From an uncultured delta proteobacterium (GTDB lineage Bacteria; Desulfobacterota; Syntrophobacteria; BM002), in contig CAVQGX010000024.1 of NCBI GenBank assembly GCA_963712115.1, forward strand, positions 1 to 26,572: DNA of 26,572 nucleotides. The letters are read 5' to 3'. Shown piece after piece: positions 1-8,702 of the stretch. Each line of letters starts with the position of its first letter. Within the stretch, counting starts at the first letter, position 1. The translations under genes were made by a program, and so were the position numbers. A model generated the notes under the pieces. The model worked only from the letters and a program-made list of their open reading frames with translations, made no database searches and had not been told where the DNA came from.

Positions 1-48
1 TCGTGGTACTATGTGATTGTCAAAACCTTTAAAATTCAAAAAACTTGC

Positions 49-120
49 TGTGAGATGTGAGATACCATCAACAAGGCTTTTCTCATCCCACATCTCAAAT
101 CCCACATCCCATATCACATT
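49..120. repeat. Heptamer-periodic imperfect inverted repeat downstream of tetR
   Basis: TGTGAGA x2 at 49-62 faces complementary-type units TCCCACA/TCTCAAA/TCCCACA/TCCCATA at 86-113. Confidence 0.55.
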
Positions 121-128
121 CAAGAATC

Positions 129-720
129 TTACCAATCTGACAACAATCCCATAAAACCTTTAGCAAGTTCGTCAATGGATCGCTCTGGGGCCTGCAAAAG
201 ACCCTGAACGGCAATACCTTGCACTGCGCCTATTAGAGCCGTTGCAGCCGCGCGCGAGTCAGTTATCTTCGGATGGTTCTGCAGCACGCGAGAAAAAGCC
301 TCGATGAAGTCCTGGTAAACCTCTTTTAGCCGCTTTTCCATGGGATGCTCTGCTGCCGGCAAATTCTGTAGCCAGGGCTGCCAGACAAATTGTCGCCTCT
401 GGTTGTCGGCGAAAATGCTCGCACATTATATCCACAACCCCCTGGGCCACCGCCAAAGAGCCTTTTTCTGCCCGGTTGAGGTGGTCTGAATATATCTCTA
501 TGCCCCGGGCCAACCAGTCCACCACCGCCTCCAACAAAGCTTCTTTGGATGGAAAGTGATGGAACACAGCACCTGAGGTCAGATTGATCGCCTGGGCTAT
601 GTCGGTGATCGTGGTCTTGTGGTAGCCTTGGCGGGCGAATAGTTCCGTTGCGGCCATGAGGATCTTTTTGTGGGTTGCTCGTGCTTGGGCTTCTTTCTTA
701 TTATAACGTTTTGCCGGCAT
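129..720 (-). pseudogene. TetR/AcrR-family regulator, split by a 1-nt frameshift near 351 (pseudogene or sequencing error)
   Basis: TetR HTH (ILMAATELFARQGYHKTTITDIAQAINLTSGAVFHHFPSKEALL) from ATG 720. The frame turns to junk after EFAGS, while ORF 129..362 holds a TetR-like helical C-terminus (EHPMEKRLKEVY...AAATALIGAVQG). Removing one base at ~351 joins them into ~196 aa. Confidence 0.8.
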
Positions 721-1037
721 GATCAATGCATAGCACCTAGTATGTAATATGTCTACTAAAAAAATAAGCCCGAAAGTTGAAACCCTCTTTGCCGTCTTCG
801 AGACCACTTCACTAATGGTCACATTCGCCAGTCTCTACTTTAATACACTATCGGACTTTTTTGACGGCAACCAAGATCTTGTGCTGTAGACTTCGTAGGC
901 AATACTTAACCTTGAGGTATGAGAATATACACTCTACTGCCGACACAGTGAGAGTTGCACTAAGTAATTATGTTATTAAATGCACTTCCGCGCTCCCTTT
1001 CACTAATCAGTGCAAGCCAAAATAGTGCTTTTTCTTA

Positions 1038-1066
1038 TTGACCCAGTTGCTTACTCCGTATATCGT
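1038..1066 (+). promoter_or_regulatory. Putative sigma70 promoter for the gene at 1272
   Basis: TTGACC-N17-TATCGT in the divergent intergenic region. Confidence 0.4.
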
Positions 1067-1271
1067 GACTTCAGCTCACACACGTTTCCAATCCTTAACT
1101 CACTATTTTTGGTATCATGAATTACCCTTGAGAGACGGCCGTTTGGTCTCGCCGTTCGATGAGAGTTGCCTTGGGAGTCCTTGAGCCCATCCTGTAAAGT
1201 TTGCTAGAGTTTTTGCGAACGAAGTAGGCTGCTGAAGGCATAGACCAGAAAGATTTGATGAAAGGGAAAAA

Positions 1272-1703
1272 ATGGAAAATAAGAAGCAAAAGGACAAGTA
1301 TAAGCTTCGAATTAGCAGGAGAGAAATCTTCTATGTCGATGACGAGCCTGAACACATCCTGTCGACGGTTGAAATGGTGGGGGAGCCCATTCACTACGAG
1401 CCGGGTATCGCTGGAGAATTCATCTCCCGCCGGAGTATCACGTTCCACGATCAGATAAGGGGCTCAGGTCCTATGCAAGGTTATGTTATGGCCAACTTCA
1501 AAAATGGTTCCGTGTTCAGCCGTTTTGAGGGCGAGCGTGACGGTGCTACGAAAACTAGCACGGGAATTTGGAAAGCTTACCGGGGCACAGGGAAAGTAGC
1601 TGGGATCGAAGGCGAAGGAACGTTCACGGTTACCGCGGGGGAACGACAAGGCGAGTACATTCTCGCAATCGAGGGCAGGTGGTCTTGGTGGGCACCGGTA
1701 TAG
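1272..1703 (+). CDS. Hypothetical protein, probable small beta-barrel (allene-oxide-cyclase/DUF3224-like)
   Basis: 143-aa ORF with a purine-rich RBS, beta-strand-like pattern and GTGKVAGIEGEGTF resembling the GTGxxxGxxG motif of AOC/dirigent-like barrels. Confidence 0.7.
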   Translation: MENKKQKDKYKLRISRREIFYVDDEPEHILSTVEMVGEPIHYEPGIAGEFISRRSITFHDQIRGSGPMQGYVMANFKNGSVFSRFEGERDGATKTSTGIWKAYRGTGKVAGIEGEGTFTVTAGERQGEYILAIEGRWSWWAPV

Positions 1704-1714
1704 CTAACCTGCTG

Positions 1715-1737
1715 GAGGCAACGATGATCGTCGCCTC
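1715..1737 (-). terminator. Hairpin between convergent genes, possible end of the hdr transcript
   Basis: Minus strand GAGGCGACGATCATCGTTGCCTC is self-complementary with one G-U pair; no clear U-tract. Confidence 0.3.
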
Positions 1738-1786
1738 ACCTGCGGTCTTCGGTCGAATGGCTGTGGATACTAATATATTGGCAAAA

Positions 1787-2656
1787 CTAATTTCCGAGCT
1801 TGGCACGCAAGGAGCCAATGATAGCCATATTAAGGTCCAGTTTGATATCTTTTTCCGGCAGCCCAAAAGCCATACCAATGAGCTGGGGTAGGTAGAGAAC
1901 CGAAATTCTCAAGTCTTCAACTTTGGCCTGTGACACCTGTTTCTGATAGCTGTCCAGGTTCATTTGGCACATTGGACACACTGTAGCAATACAGTCGGCA
2001 CCTTTTGCCGCCTTCAACAGTTCACCTGTTAGTTCAAGGGCGATTTCTTTCTTAGTCGTCATCAACCCGGCACCGCAGCATTTGGCACCCATGGTCCAAG
2101 GATGCACTTTTGCGCCAAGGGCCTCGATTAACGGCTCCATACAGCGAGGCTGTTCGGGGTCGTCATAGCCCCCGTAAGGACGCAAGGCCTGACAACCGTA
2201 ATATGGAGCGATGCGCAGGCCTGACAGTTCGCGGTTTACCTTAGCCTTGATCATTTCTGCACCAATATCGGTGGCAATTACATCCAGCAAATGGCGAGAT
2301 CTGATGCCTCCCTGGTAGCTAAGGCCTTCCACATTTAAAGCCTCATTGATCTTGTCAAGCAGCCCCTCCTCCCGTTTTATGTGTTCATCCACCTTTCTCA
2401 GATTCAGATAGCAGGCACTGCAAGGGATTACGAAATCGCAGCCCATATCCGTCTGTTGGGCCAAGGCCAGGTTGCGGGCGGGCAGCACCAACGAGAGCAG
2501 TTCACTGATTGTCTCTGCTGCGCTGGCACCGCAGCAGGTCCAGTCCTCTAGTTCTATCAATTCTATTCCCAGTGCTTGCATGACCGCTTGGGTAGAGATG
2601 TTATATTCGAGCGCTGTCCCCTCCAAAGAACATCCGGAGTAATAGAAGTACTTCAT
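1787..2656 (-). CDS. hdrB: Heterodisulfide reductase subunit B (two CCG domains)
   Basis: YYSGCSL...WTCCGA...PCSACY and YYGCQ...KCCGAG...VCPMCQ; overlaps the hdrC stop by 4 nt. Confidence 0.93.
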   Translation of the reverse strand: MKYFYYSGCSLEGTALEYNISTQAVMQALGIELIELEDWTCCGASAAETISELLSLVLPARNLALAQQTDMGCDFVIPCSACYLNLRKVDEHIKREEGLLDKINEALNVEGLSYQGGIRSRHLLDVIATDIGAEMIKAKVNRELSGLRIAPYYGCQALRPYGGYDDPEQPRCMEPLIEALGAKVHPWTMGAKCCGAGLMTTKKEIALELTGELLKAAKGADCIATVCPMCQMNLDSYQKQVSQAKVEDLRISVLYLPQLIGMAFGLPEKDIKLDLNMAIIGSLRAKLGN

Positions 2657-3219
2657 GAACTTGCCTCCAGTTCTTTTACTTTGCGAAAGATGGCGTCCAA
2701 CCTCCCTGGCCCAAAGAATTTCGGCATTTCAGGGGAGACTTTTCCTTTCATCATAAGCCTCATACCCAAAGGGGTGAAACTTAAGGGGAGCATGGGACTC
2801 TTCATGGTTATAAAGTACCTGGCCATAAGCTCCATCTCCCTCACCCGCCCATAGCGTCTAACCGTGTCAAGAAAGGTCTGATAGAAACGTGCTCCCTTTT
2901 TTTCTGCTAGCCCCTTGGCTACAGCCAATTGCTTCAAACCATGAATGGTCTCTGTCAAAGGCAGGCCCCGTGGACAGCGCAAGGTGCAGTAATAGCAGCT
3001 TGAACAAAGGGAAAAGGTCCTGCTGTTAAAGATTTCATCCACCAAACCAAGTTGGACCATTCGCCACATTTGCCTAGGGGTGAAATCCATGGCATAAGCG
3101 CTACCGCAGGATCCGGTGCAGGTGCCGCACTGCATACAGGGACGCATATTCTCCCTAATAGAGTTCATCGGGTCCACAGCAGTGTGTTCCTCGGCTAGTT
3201 CTAGTTTCTCTTCGCTCAT
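2653..3219 (-). CDS. hdrC: Heterodisulfide reductase subunit C (2x[4Fe-4S])
   Basis: CMQCGTCTGSC and CSSCYYCTLRCP motifs; start placed at ATG 3219 (MSEEK) behind AAGGAG. Confidence 0.9.
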   Translation of the reverse strand: MSEEKLELAEEHTAVDPMNSIRENMRPCMQCGTCTGSCGSAYAMDFTPRQMWRMVQLGLVDEIFNSRTFSLCSSCYYCTLRCPRGLPLTETIHGLKQLAVAKGLAEKKGARFYQTFLDTVRRYGRVREMELMARYFITMKSPMLPLSFTPLGMRLMMKGKVSPEMPKFFGPGRLDAIFRKVKELEASS

Positions 3220-3266
3220 GGGATACTTTCTCCTTCGTTCCGACTCACCGCCTTTCGAGCGGCTCA

Positions 3267-3347
3267 GATGCCGGATACTTGATACTGGATACCTCAAACT
3301 GCCTTTTTCCTTTATCTAGCATCGAGCATCTGGTATCGAGTATCGAT
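3267..3347. repeat. Heptamer-periodic inverted repeat between hdrA-REC and hdrC
   Basis: GATGCCG GATACTT GATACTG GATACCT (3267-3294) faces TAGCATC GAGCATC TGGTATC GAGTATC (3317-3344). Confidence 0.7.
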
Positions 3348-6300
3348 TTAAAAAATCTCTTCCAATGCTGCATCAATCACAGAGAAGATCTGTTGATCCC
3401 GGAAGCCACGCAGCACCGAGGCGCTGTTGGGACAAACGGCCGCACAGGAACCACAACCCTGGCAGGCGAGCTCGTCCACCAAGACCTTCTCCTCATCCTC
3501 GTCTCGCCATCTGGCACCGTAAGGACAGGCAGTAATGCATTTCTCACAGAGAGAACAGAGGCTGTGACGCACCTCTGCTACGGTACTACCCGCCATTAAT
3601 CTCTCACTGCCAAGTATCCTCAAAGCGCGCTGCGCAGCTGCCTCGCTCATAGCGATGGTCTCGGTGATGGAACGAGGTGAATGGGCTATGCCGCATGTGA
3701 AGACCCCCTCTTTGATAAAGTCCACCGGCCGCCACTTGGATTCCGCCTCCTGAAAGAAGCCGTCCTCGTCGGTCTCAACCCCGAATATCTGCGCCAGTTT
3801 CTCTTGACCATTTGGAACGATGCCTGTACTGAGCACTAAAAGGTCGGACTCTAGCACCACCTCGCGACCGAGGATCCGATCTCTAACTCCCACCGACACG
3901 CTACCATTTTCCACTTCCACCCGGGGCTTGTCGTTTACCTCGTATTGGATGAAGATTACTCCGGCTTGGCGTGCTCGAGTGTAGTAGGCCTCCAAAAAGC
4001 CATAAGCCATGATATCCCGGTAGAGGATGTAAACGTCGATCTCTGGATTCTGTTCTTTCAAATAGAGTGCGCTTTTCAAAGCTGAAGCGCAACAGATTCT
4101 GCTGCAGTAATTACGGGGTTCCTCTCGGGAGTCCACACATTGGATAAAGGTCACCACATTCAGGTCTGCAGGATTAAGCGACTCAAATTGGAGTTTTTCC
4201 TCTAGTTGATGCTGGGTGACGATGGCTTCACTCTGCCCGTACGCATAGGACTCGGTTGCGGCTTCCCTTCCGCCTGTGGCCAGAATTGTCACTCCATGTT
4301 CCAAGGCCTCACCAACGCCATCTTCCTTTTCAATGGTAGTGCGAAATCGGCCGACCCTTCCATGGGAATGCAGCACTTGCGCCTTCAGGTAGACCTGAAT
4401 GTTTGGATGTTTTTTTACATTGGCAATCGTTTGCATAATAAGTTCCTGGGGTGAATTCCCCTCAAGAGTCCGATACAATTCGAGGAGATTGCCCCCCAGA
4501 GTCTCTGCCTTCTCTACGACGAACACTTCAAAGCCGTGGTCGGCAATGGCCAGTGCAGCGCTCATGCCACCGATGCCGCCACCCACTACCAAAGCCTTCT
4601 GCATCACTGGAATTGCTTTAGGTGACGAAGGGTCCATGCCTTTCAGCTTGCCGACCCCCATGGAAAGAGTTGTCCGTATTTCCCGGCTCACCTGCTCGGG
4701 GTTAGCTTCCCGACCCGGTAAAGCTGGTGTGCTTATATCGACCACCTCCATTAGTGCAGAACTCAGTCCTGCTTTTTCGCCCAGCTCTCGCAGCTTTCTC
4801 GTATAAACGTAAGGCAGGCAGGCTCCAACTAAAAGGCGATTTGCCGAACTGCCTTCAAGTGCTTCCTCCAGCTGACTCCAGCCTTCCCGGGTGCAGACCC
4901 GCTCAATCCATTGCACTTTGCCAACCGAGTCCAAGTCCGAAACTGCTTTTTCGATCTCTTTTAGTTTTGCTACTTGGGCCAGGCTGTCGCCACAGCTGCA
5001 CAGTGCTATCATGACCTTTGGTACCTCGCGGGAAACGTCGCGATACAAGGGTTGCGGCTTGGCCGCCTCTGCCAGGCTACCCCCCTTGGAATGGATAAGG
5101 CCGGACGCCCTCAATGAGGCGGAGCTTGCCTGAATCACTGATTCAGAGATATCCCGAAGCCCAGAGAATGATCCCCCTACCAGCACGCCCTCCTGGCTGG
5201 TGAGGCTTAACGAAAAAGGCTGCAACTGGCAAAAACCCCATGAATTGAGTTCAACTCCGGTCATTTCAGCCAGCGCTTCACTACCTGCCGGCGGCCTCTG
5301 GCCGGCGGCAAGCACCACCAAGTCAAAAATCTCCTCATGGGCCATACCGTCTATGTCCGTATAGTCGATTCTGGGATCGCCACCGAGACCAGCCTGCTCA
5401 ACCGAGTGGACTCTACTCCTCTGAAACCTGACACCATATTCCTTTTCGGCTCTATCCTTATAACGCTGGAAGTTCTTACCGTAGGTTCTCATGTCCATAT
5501 AGAATATGGCCGTCTCTACCTGACCGTTGCTGCGTTCCTTTGCCAGTAGAGCTTCTTTAATTGAAAACATGCAACAGATGGAAGAACAGTAGTCAGCGTT
5601 AGTTTGTATATCCCGGGAGCCGACACACTGGAGCCAGGCCACTTTGCGGATCTCTTTGCCGTCGCTGGGCCGTAACAGTTTCCCCTGATTGGGCCCGGTA
5701 CCACTGACAATCCTCTCATACTCTACACTTGTAACTACGTTGGGAATCTCACCGTAGCCATAGGTATTGAACCCTGTTGTACCTGGATCGAAGGATCCAA
5801 AGCCGGCCGCCAGAATTACCGCCCCCACTTCCAGTTCACGTTCGTCGGCGCGCTCTAGGTTTTCGTAGAGCTTTACCACCAGAGGGACAAGAGTCTCGGG
5901 GTCGAAGGGCTTCATCAGGTACTCCAAGGCTCCAATTTTCATTGCCTCAACAGCGGTCTCCACCGTGGCGTAGGCGGTCATCATCACCACGGCGAGGTCC
6001 GGGCGCATTTCCTTAGCTCGTTTCAACACTTCTACCCCATCCATATCGGGCATCTTGATATCTAAAAGCATCAAGTGGTAGTTTTGCTTTGCGAGTTTTT
6101 CCAGAGCGTCGGGTCCCGATTCGGCTGCATCCACCTGAAAGCCATCTTCAGTCAACCAATCCTTGAGGGAATCGCGCACTATGAGTTCATCGTCCACTAC
6201 CAAGATACGGAACTGCTTGCGAGCCTCCCAGCGGAAATCGATGGCCCCAGTGGGACAAATCTTTTCACACTCGCCGCACAAAGTGCAGGAGTCCAGGTCG

Positions 6301-6779
6301 ACCACGTAGTTATTAGGAATGTTGTGCGGCACCGGCAGATAGACCGCCTTTCTCTTGGTCAACCCGGCATTGAACTGGTCAGGCACCTCCACTGGACAGA
6401 CGCGGGAGCATTCGCCGCAACCGATGCAGCGTTCTGGATCCACCATAGTAGGCTTCTGTCGTAGGGTGACCAGGTATTTCCCTGGCTCACCCTCCATGGT
6501 TACCAATTCAGTGGAAAGCATGATCTCGATGTTCTCGTGGAATAACCCCTTACGTAAACAGTACTGCGAGGAGGAGTCGCGTTCCACCAGAGGAAGCATC
6601 TTGCACATGCCACAGTGGTCGCTGGGAAACTGGTAGTCCAGTTGTGTGAGGGTGCCGCCCAGGTTCGGTGCCCGGTCGATTAATTTCACGTGATAGCCTA
6701 CCTCCGCCAAATCCAAAGCGGAGCGGATACCGCTGATTCCGGCACCCACAACCAAGGCTGACCCGATTTTTTTTCTCAT
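3348..6779 (-). CDS. hdrA: HdrA-like flavoprotein with two FAD domains and an inserted response-regulator receiver domain
   Basis: FAD motifs VVGAGISG and VVGGGIGG; HdrA cluster motifs CVGSR...YCSSICC and CVDSR...YCSRICC; ferredoxin motifs CIGCGECSRVCP, CTLCGECEKICP, CSLCEKCITACP, CQGCGSCAAVCP; REC at ~5862-6212. Start at ATG 6779 behind GAGG. Confidence 0.92.
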   Translation of the reverse strand: MRKKIGSALVVGAGISGIRSALDLAEVGYHVKLIDRAPNLGGTLTQLDYQFPSDHCGMCKMLPLVERDSSSQYCLRKGLFHENIEIMLSTELVTMEGEPGKYLVTLRQKPTMVDPERCIGCGECSRVCPVEVPDQFNAGLTKRKAVYLPVPHNIPNNYVVDLDSCTLCGECEKICPTGAIDFRWEARKQFRILVVDDELIVRDSLKDWLTEDGFQVDAAESGPDALEKLAKQNYHLMLLDIKMPDMDGVEVLKRAKEMRPDLAVVMMTAYATVETAVEAMKIGALEYLMKPFDPETLVPLVVKLYENLERADERELEVGAVILAAGFGSFDPGTTGFNTYGYGEIPNVVTSVEYERIVSGTGPNQGKLLRPSDGKEIRKVAWLQCVGSRDIQTNADYCSSICCMFSIKEALLAKERSNGQVETAIFYMDMRTYGKNFQRYKDRAEKEYGVRFQRSRVHSVEQAGLGGDPRIDYTDIDGMAHEEIFDLVVLAAGQRPPAGSEALAEMTGVELNSWGFCQLQPFSLSLTSQEGVLVGGSFSGLRDISESVIQASSASLRASGLIHSKGGSLAEAAKPQPLYRDVSREVPKVMIALCSCGDSLAQVAKLKEIEKAVSDLDSVGKVQWIERVCTREGWSQLEEALEGSSANRLLVGACLPYVYTRKLRELGEKAGLSSALMEVVDISTPALPGREANPEQVSREIRTTLSMGVGKLKGMDPSSPKAIPVMQKALVVGGGIGGMSAALAIADHGFEVFVVEKAETLGGNLLELYRTLEGNSPQELIMQTIANVKKHPNIQVYLKAQVLHSHGRVGRFRTTIEKEDGVGEALEHGVTILATGGREAATESYAYGQSEAIVTQHQLEEKLQFESLNPADLNVVTFIQCVDSREEPRNYCSRICCASALKSALYLKEQNPEIDVYILYRDIMAYGFLEAYYTRARQAGVIFIQYEVNDKPRVEVENGSVSVGVRDRILGREVVLESDLLVLSTGIVPNGQEKLAQIFGVETDEDGFFQEAESKWRPVDFIKEGVFTCGIAHSPRSITETIAMSEAAAQRALRILGSERLMAGSTVAEVRHSLCSLCEKCITACPYGARWRDEDEEKVLVDELACQGCGSCAAVCPNSASVLRGFRDQQIFSVIDAALEEIF

Positions 6780-6856
6780 GATCAGAAACCTCACTAAGTT
6801 TGCCCTGTTGATTTAGATAGATTGACAATAAGTCCGGTCGTCAACCTTTCGCGCCT

Positions 6857-6960
6857 GTCCGTTGGTTGTAATGAGTGGTCAACTGTTTTCCACTTTATTC
6901 GTTGCCCGCTGCCGGTTGCTCCATGCTTTTATTCCTGCAACGGACGACTGACCACGGACA
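6857..6960. repeat. Heptamer-periodic inverted repeat between the fdhB-like gene and hdrA-REC
   Basis: TTCGTTG CCCGCTG CCGGTTG (6898-6918) faces CAACGGA CGACTGA CCACGGA (6938-6958); a further GTCCGTTG lies at 6857. Confidence 0.55.
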
Positions 6961-6968
6961 TACAATGT

Positions 6969-8114
6969 TTAGTGCGATTTAGCCACAACCTCCTGGAATT
7001 CATCTTCCCGGAATATTGACAGTGGTGGTTCGTCATCCAGGCTGCGTCCGGCTTCATAATCAAAGGCCTTCTGCGTGTAGTGCGCCATGGTTCGAAAAAT
7101 CTCCATTACCGGTATATTATTGGGACAGGCATTGGAACACTGGCCGCAGCCGATACAAGCCGTGCTCATGTGAGCTATGCGGGTTAAATGAAAGAAGACC
7201 GTGTCTGTGGGCATCTTTAGGATGCCCTTGCGTTTTGCCCATCTCAGATATTGCGAAGGTTCGTGGTCGAAGACATCGGTGAGAAAAACGCACTCTTTGC
7301 AATAGCAAACAGGGCAAGCCACCCGGCAATTGTAACAATTGACACAGTTACCGAGATAACTCACAAGCTTCTCCACGTCTGATGTGGCCTCACTGGTCTC
7401 GGCAAACATCTGGTCACGATATGCCAGCCGTTCTGCCAGCAGTTTTTCGATCTCTTTCCGCCGTTTCTCCGGCTCACTGGTAGAAGATAGTCCCAGGTTG
7501 TCCAATAAATCCTCTCCTTTAGGTGTATTGGCCTTCGCCAGCAGATGATCTTTGAAGTCTACACCCACTAAGCCAATGAGCACATCTGCGTTTTCCGGTA
7601 TGGGATACTCACAGGCCTTGCATGCAGGAGAAACTTCAAAGCCATCGCAAGCCGTTCCCTTGCCTTCTTGGATATTGCGGTAAAACCTTAAGGTGGCCTC
7701 CATGCCATTATCACCGGCAAAACCAGGATATTGGACATTGCTGTATGCGCCCAGACAATCCACCCCGATAAGGACGACGTCGTCGACTCTGCCTTGCTTC
7801 AATTTCACCAGCTCAATGAAGGCCCGGATCTCGCAGGGGCGGAGCACCACTGCCACCTTCCCCCCTAGAGGCTTTCTGGTAAGCTTTGAAACCACTTTGG
7901 CTACGTTAAGGGGAAAGACGGGTGCTAGTGGATCGGCAGCATCCAGCTTGTCCGGGTCCGTGACTAAAGTGGGCATTACTGCGTTTTTCGTGGGCAGGTG
8001 TTGGGCCACCATGAGGCTGTTGATTTCTCCGTCGCGAAGCATTGTCTTGAAAAATTCTTGTAGAGAACTGACCAGATTCTGATCCTTTATTGGTATCTTT
8101 ACTGTGGTTGCCAT
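6969..8114 (-). CDS. FdhB/FrhB-like protein (F420 dehydrogenase beta-subunit family) with C-terminal 2x[4Fe-4S]
   Basis: VVLRPCEIRAFIELVK...LIGVDCLG and PACKACEYP as in methanogen FdhB; CVNCYNCRVACPVCYCKEC and CIGCGQCSNACP. Confidence 0.8.
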   Translation of the reverse strand: MATTVKIPIKDQNLVSSLQEFFKTMLRDGEINSLMVAQHLPTKNAVMPTLVTDPDKLDAADPLAPVFPLNVAKVVSKLTRKPLGGKVAVVLRPCEIRAFIELVKLKQGRVDDVVLIGVDCLGAYSNVQYPGFAGDNGMEATLRFYRNIQEGKGTACDGFEVSPACKACEYPIPENADVLIGLVGVDFKDHLLAKANTPKGEDLLDNLGLSSTSEPEKRRKEIEKLLAERLAYRDQMFAETSEATSDVEKLVSYLGNCVNCYNCRVACPVCYCKECVFLTDVFDHEPSQYLRWAKRKGILKMPTDTVFFHLTRIAHMSTACIGCGQCSNACPNNIPVMEIFRTMAHYTQKAFDYEAGRSLDDEPPLSIFREDEFQEVVAKSH

Positions 8115-8153
8115 CGATTCCCTCCAGATTATCTACTTGGGGCACAGAGATCT

Positions 8154-8576
8154 TTAAATGACCATCTGCTTCCGCACTTCATTGGGGCCTAACCCCTTGA
8201 CCTCAACCACCAACTCTTTCATGGTGTTGGCAAAGTCAATTCCCTCACTAGCTCCAATCCAGGTGAGCTTAAGTCTCCGCTGGTCAAAGCCGAAACGTGG
8301 TAGAATTTCTTTTAGCAATTTGACCCGCCGGCGAGCCTTGAGGTTGCCGTTGATGTAGTGGCAGTCGCCGGGATGGCAGCCACTGATAAGCACTGCATCT
8401 GCCCCTTCCAACAAGGCCTTGATTACATACTTGGGATCCACCATCCCGGTGCACATCATTCTGATCATCCGCACGTTGGGAGGCTGGGTTAACCTTGAGG
8501 TCCCTGCCAAATCCGCAGCGGTGTAGGTGCACCAGTTGCAAACGAAAGCGATTATTGTCGGCTCGAAGTCTGACAT
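8154..8576 (-). CDS. mvhD: MvhD/FlpD [2Fe-2S] adaptor subunit
   Basis: FVCNWCTY, MMCTGMVDP, GCHPGDCHY and WIGASEG motifs; GGAGG RBS. Confidence 0.95.
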   Translation of the reverse strand: MSDFEPTIIAFVCNWCTYTAADLAGTSRLTQPPNVRMIRMMCTGMVDPKYVIKALLEGADAVLISGCHPGDCHYINGNLKARRRVKLLKEILPRFGFDQRRLKLTWIGASEGIDFANTMKELVVEVKGLGPNEVRKQMVI

Positions 8577-8702
8577 GGTTTTCCTCCACCAAGAAGTGTC
8601 TGAGATGAACTAAAGTAAGCAAAAATGTATATAATTGGGTGAATAACCTTACCTAACTTTATCTTGTATTCCGAGTTCTCCCTTCGCAGATTCGCATTTC
8701 AC

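Noticed and set aside
721-822. N-terminal extension of the TetR ORF (start 822)
   Set aside because: Runs through AT-rich promoter-like DNA; ATG 720 gives a normal TetR N-terminus.
1122-1250. Possible riboswitch (GAGAGAC...CGCCG resembles a glycine aptamer) and minus-strand ORFs 1115..1297 and 1122..1448
   Set aside because: Other conserved aptamer elements were not found; the ORFs are antisense shadows with no recognisable motifs.
3220-3297. Extended HdrC start (MRYPVSSIRHL)
   Set aside because: This is translation of the heptamer repeat; a better RBS and ATG lie at 3219.
3267-3347. CRISPR-like array
   Set aside because: Units are 7 nt with no unique spacers, and there are no cas genes.
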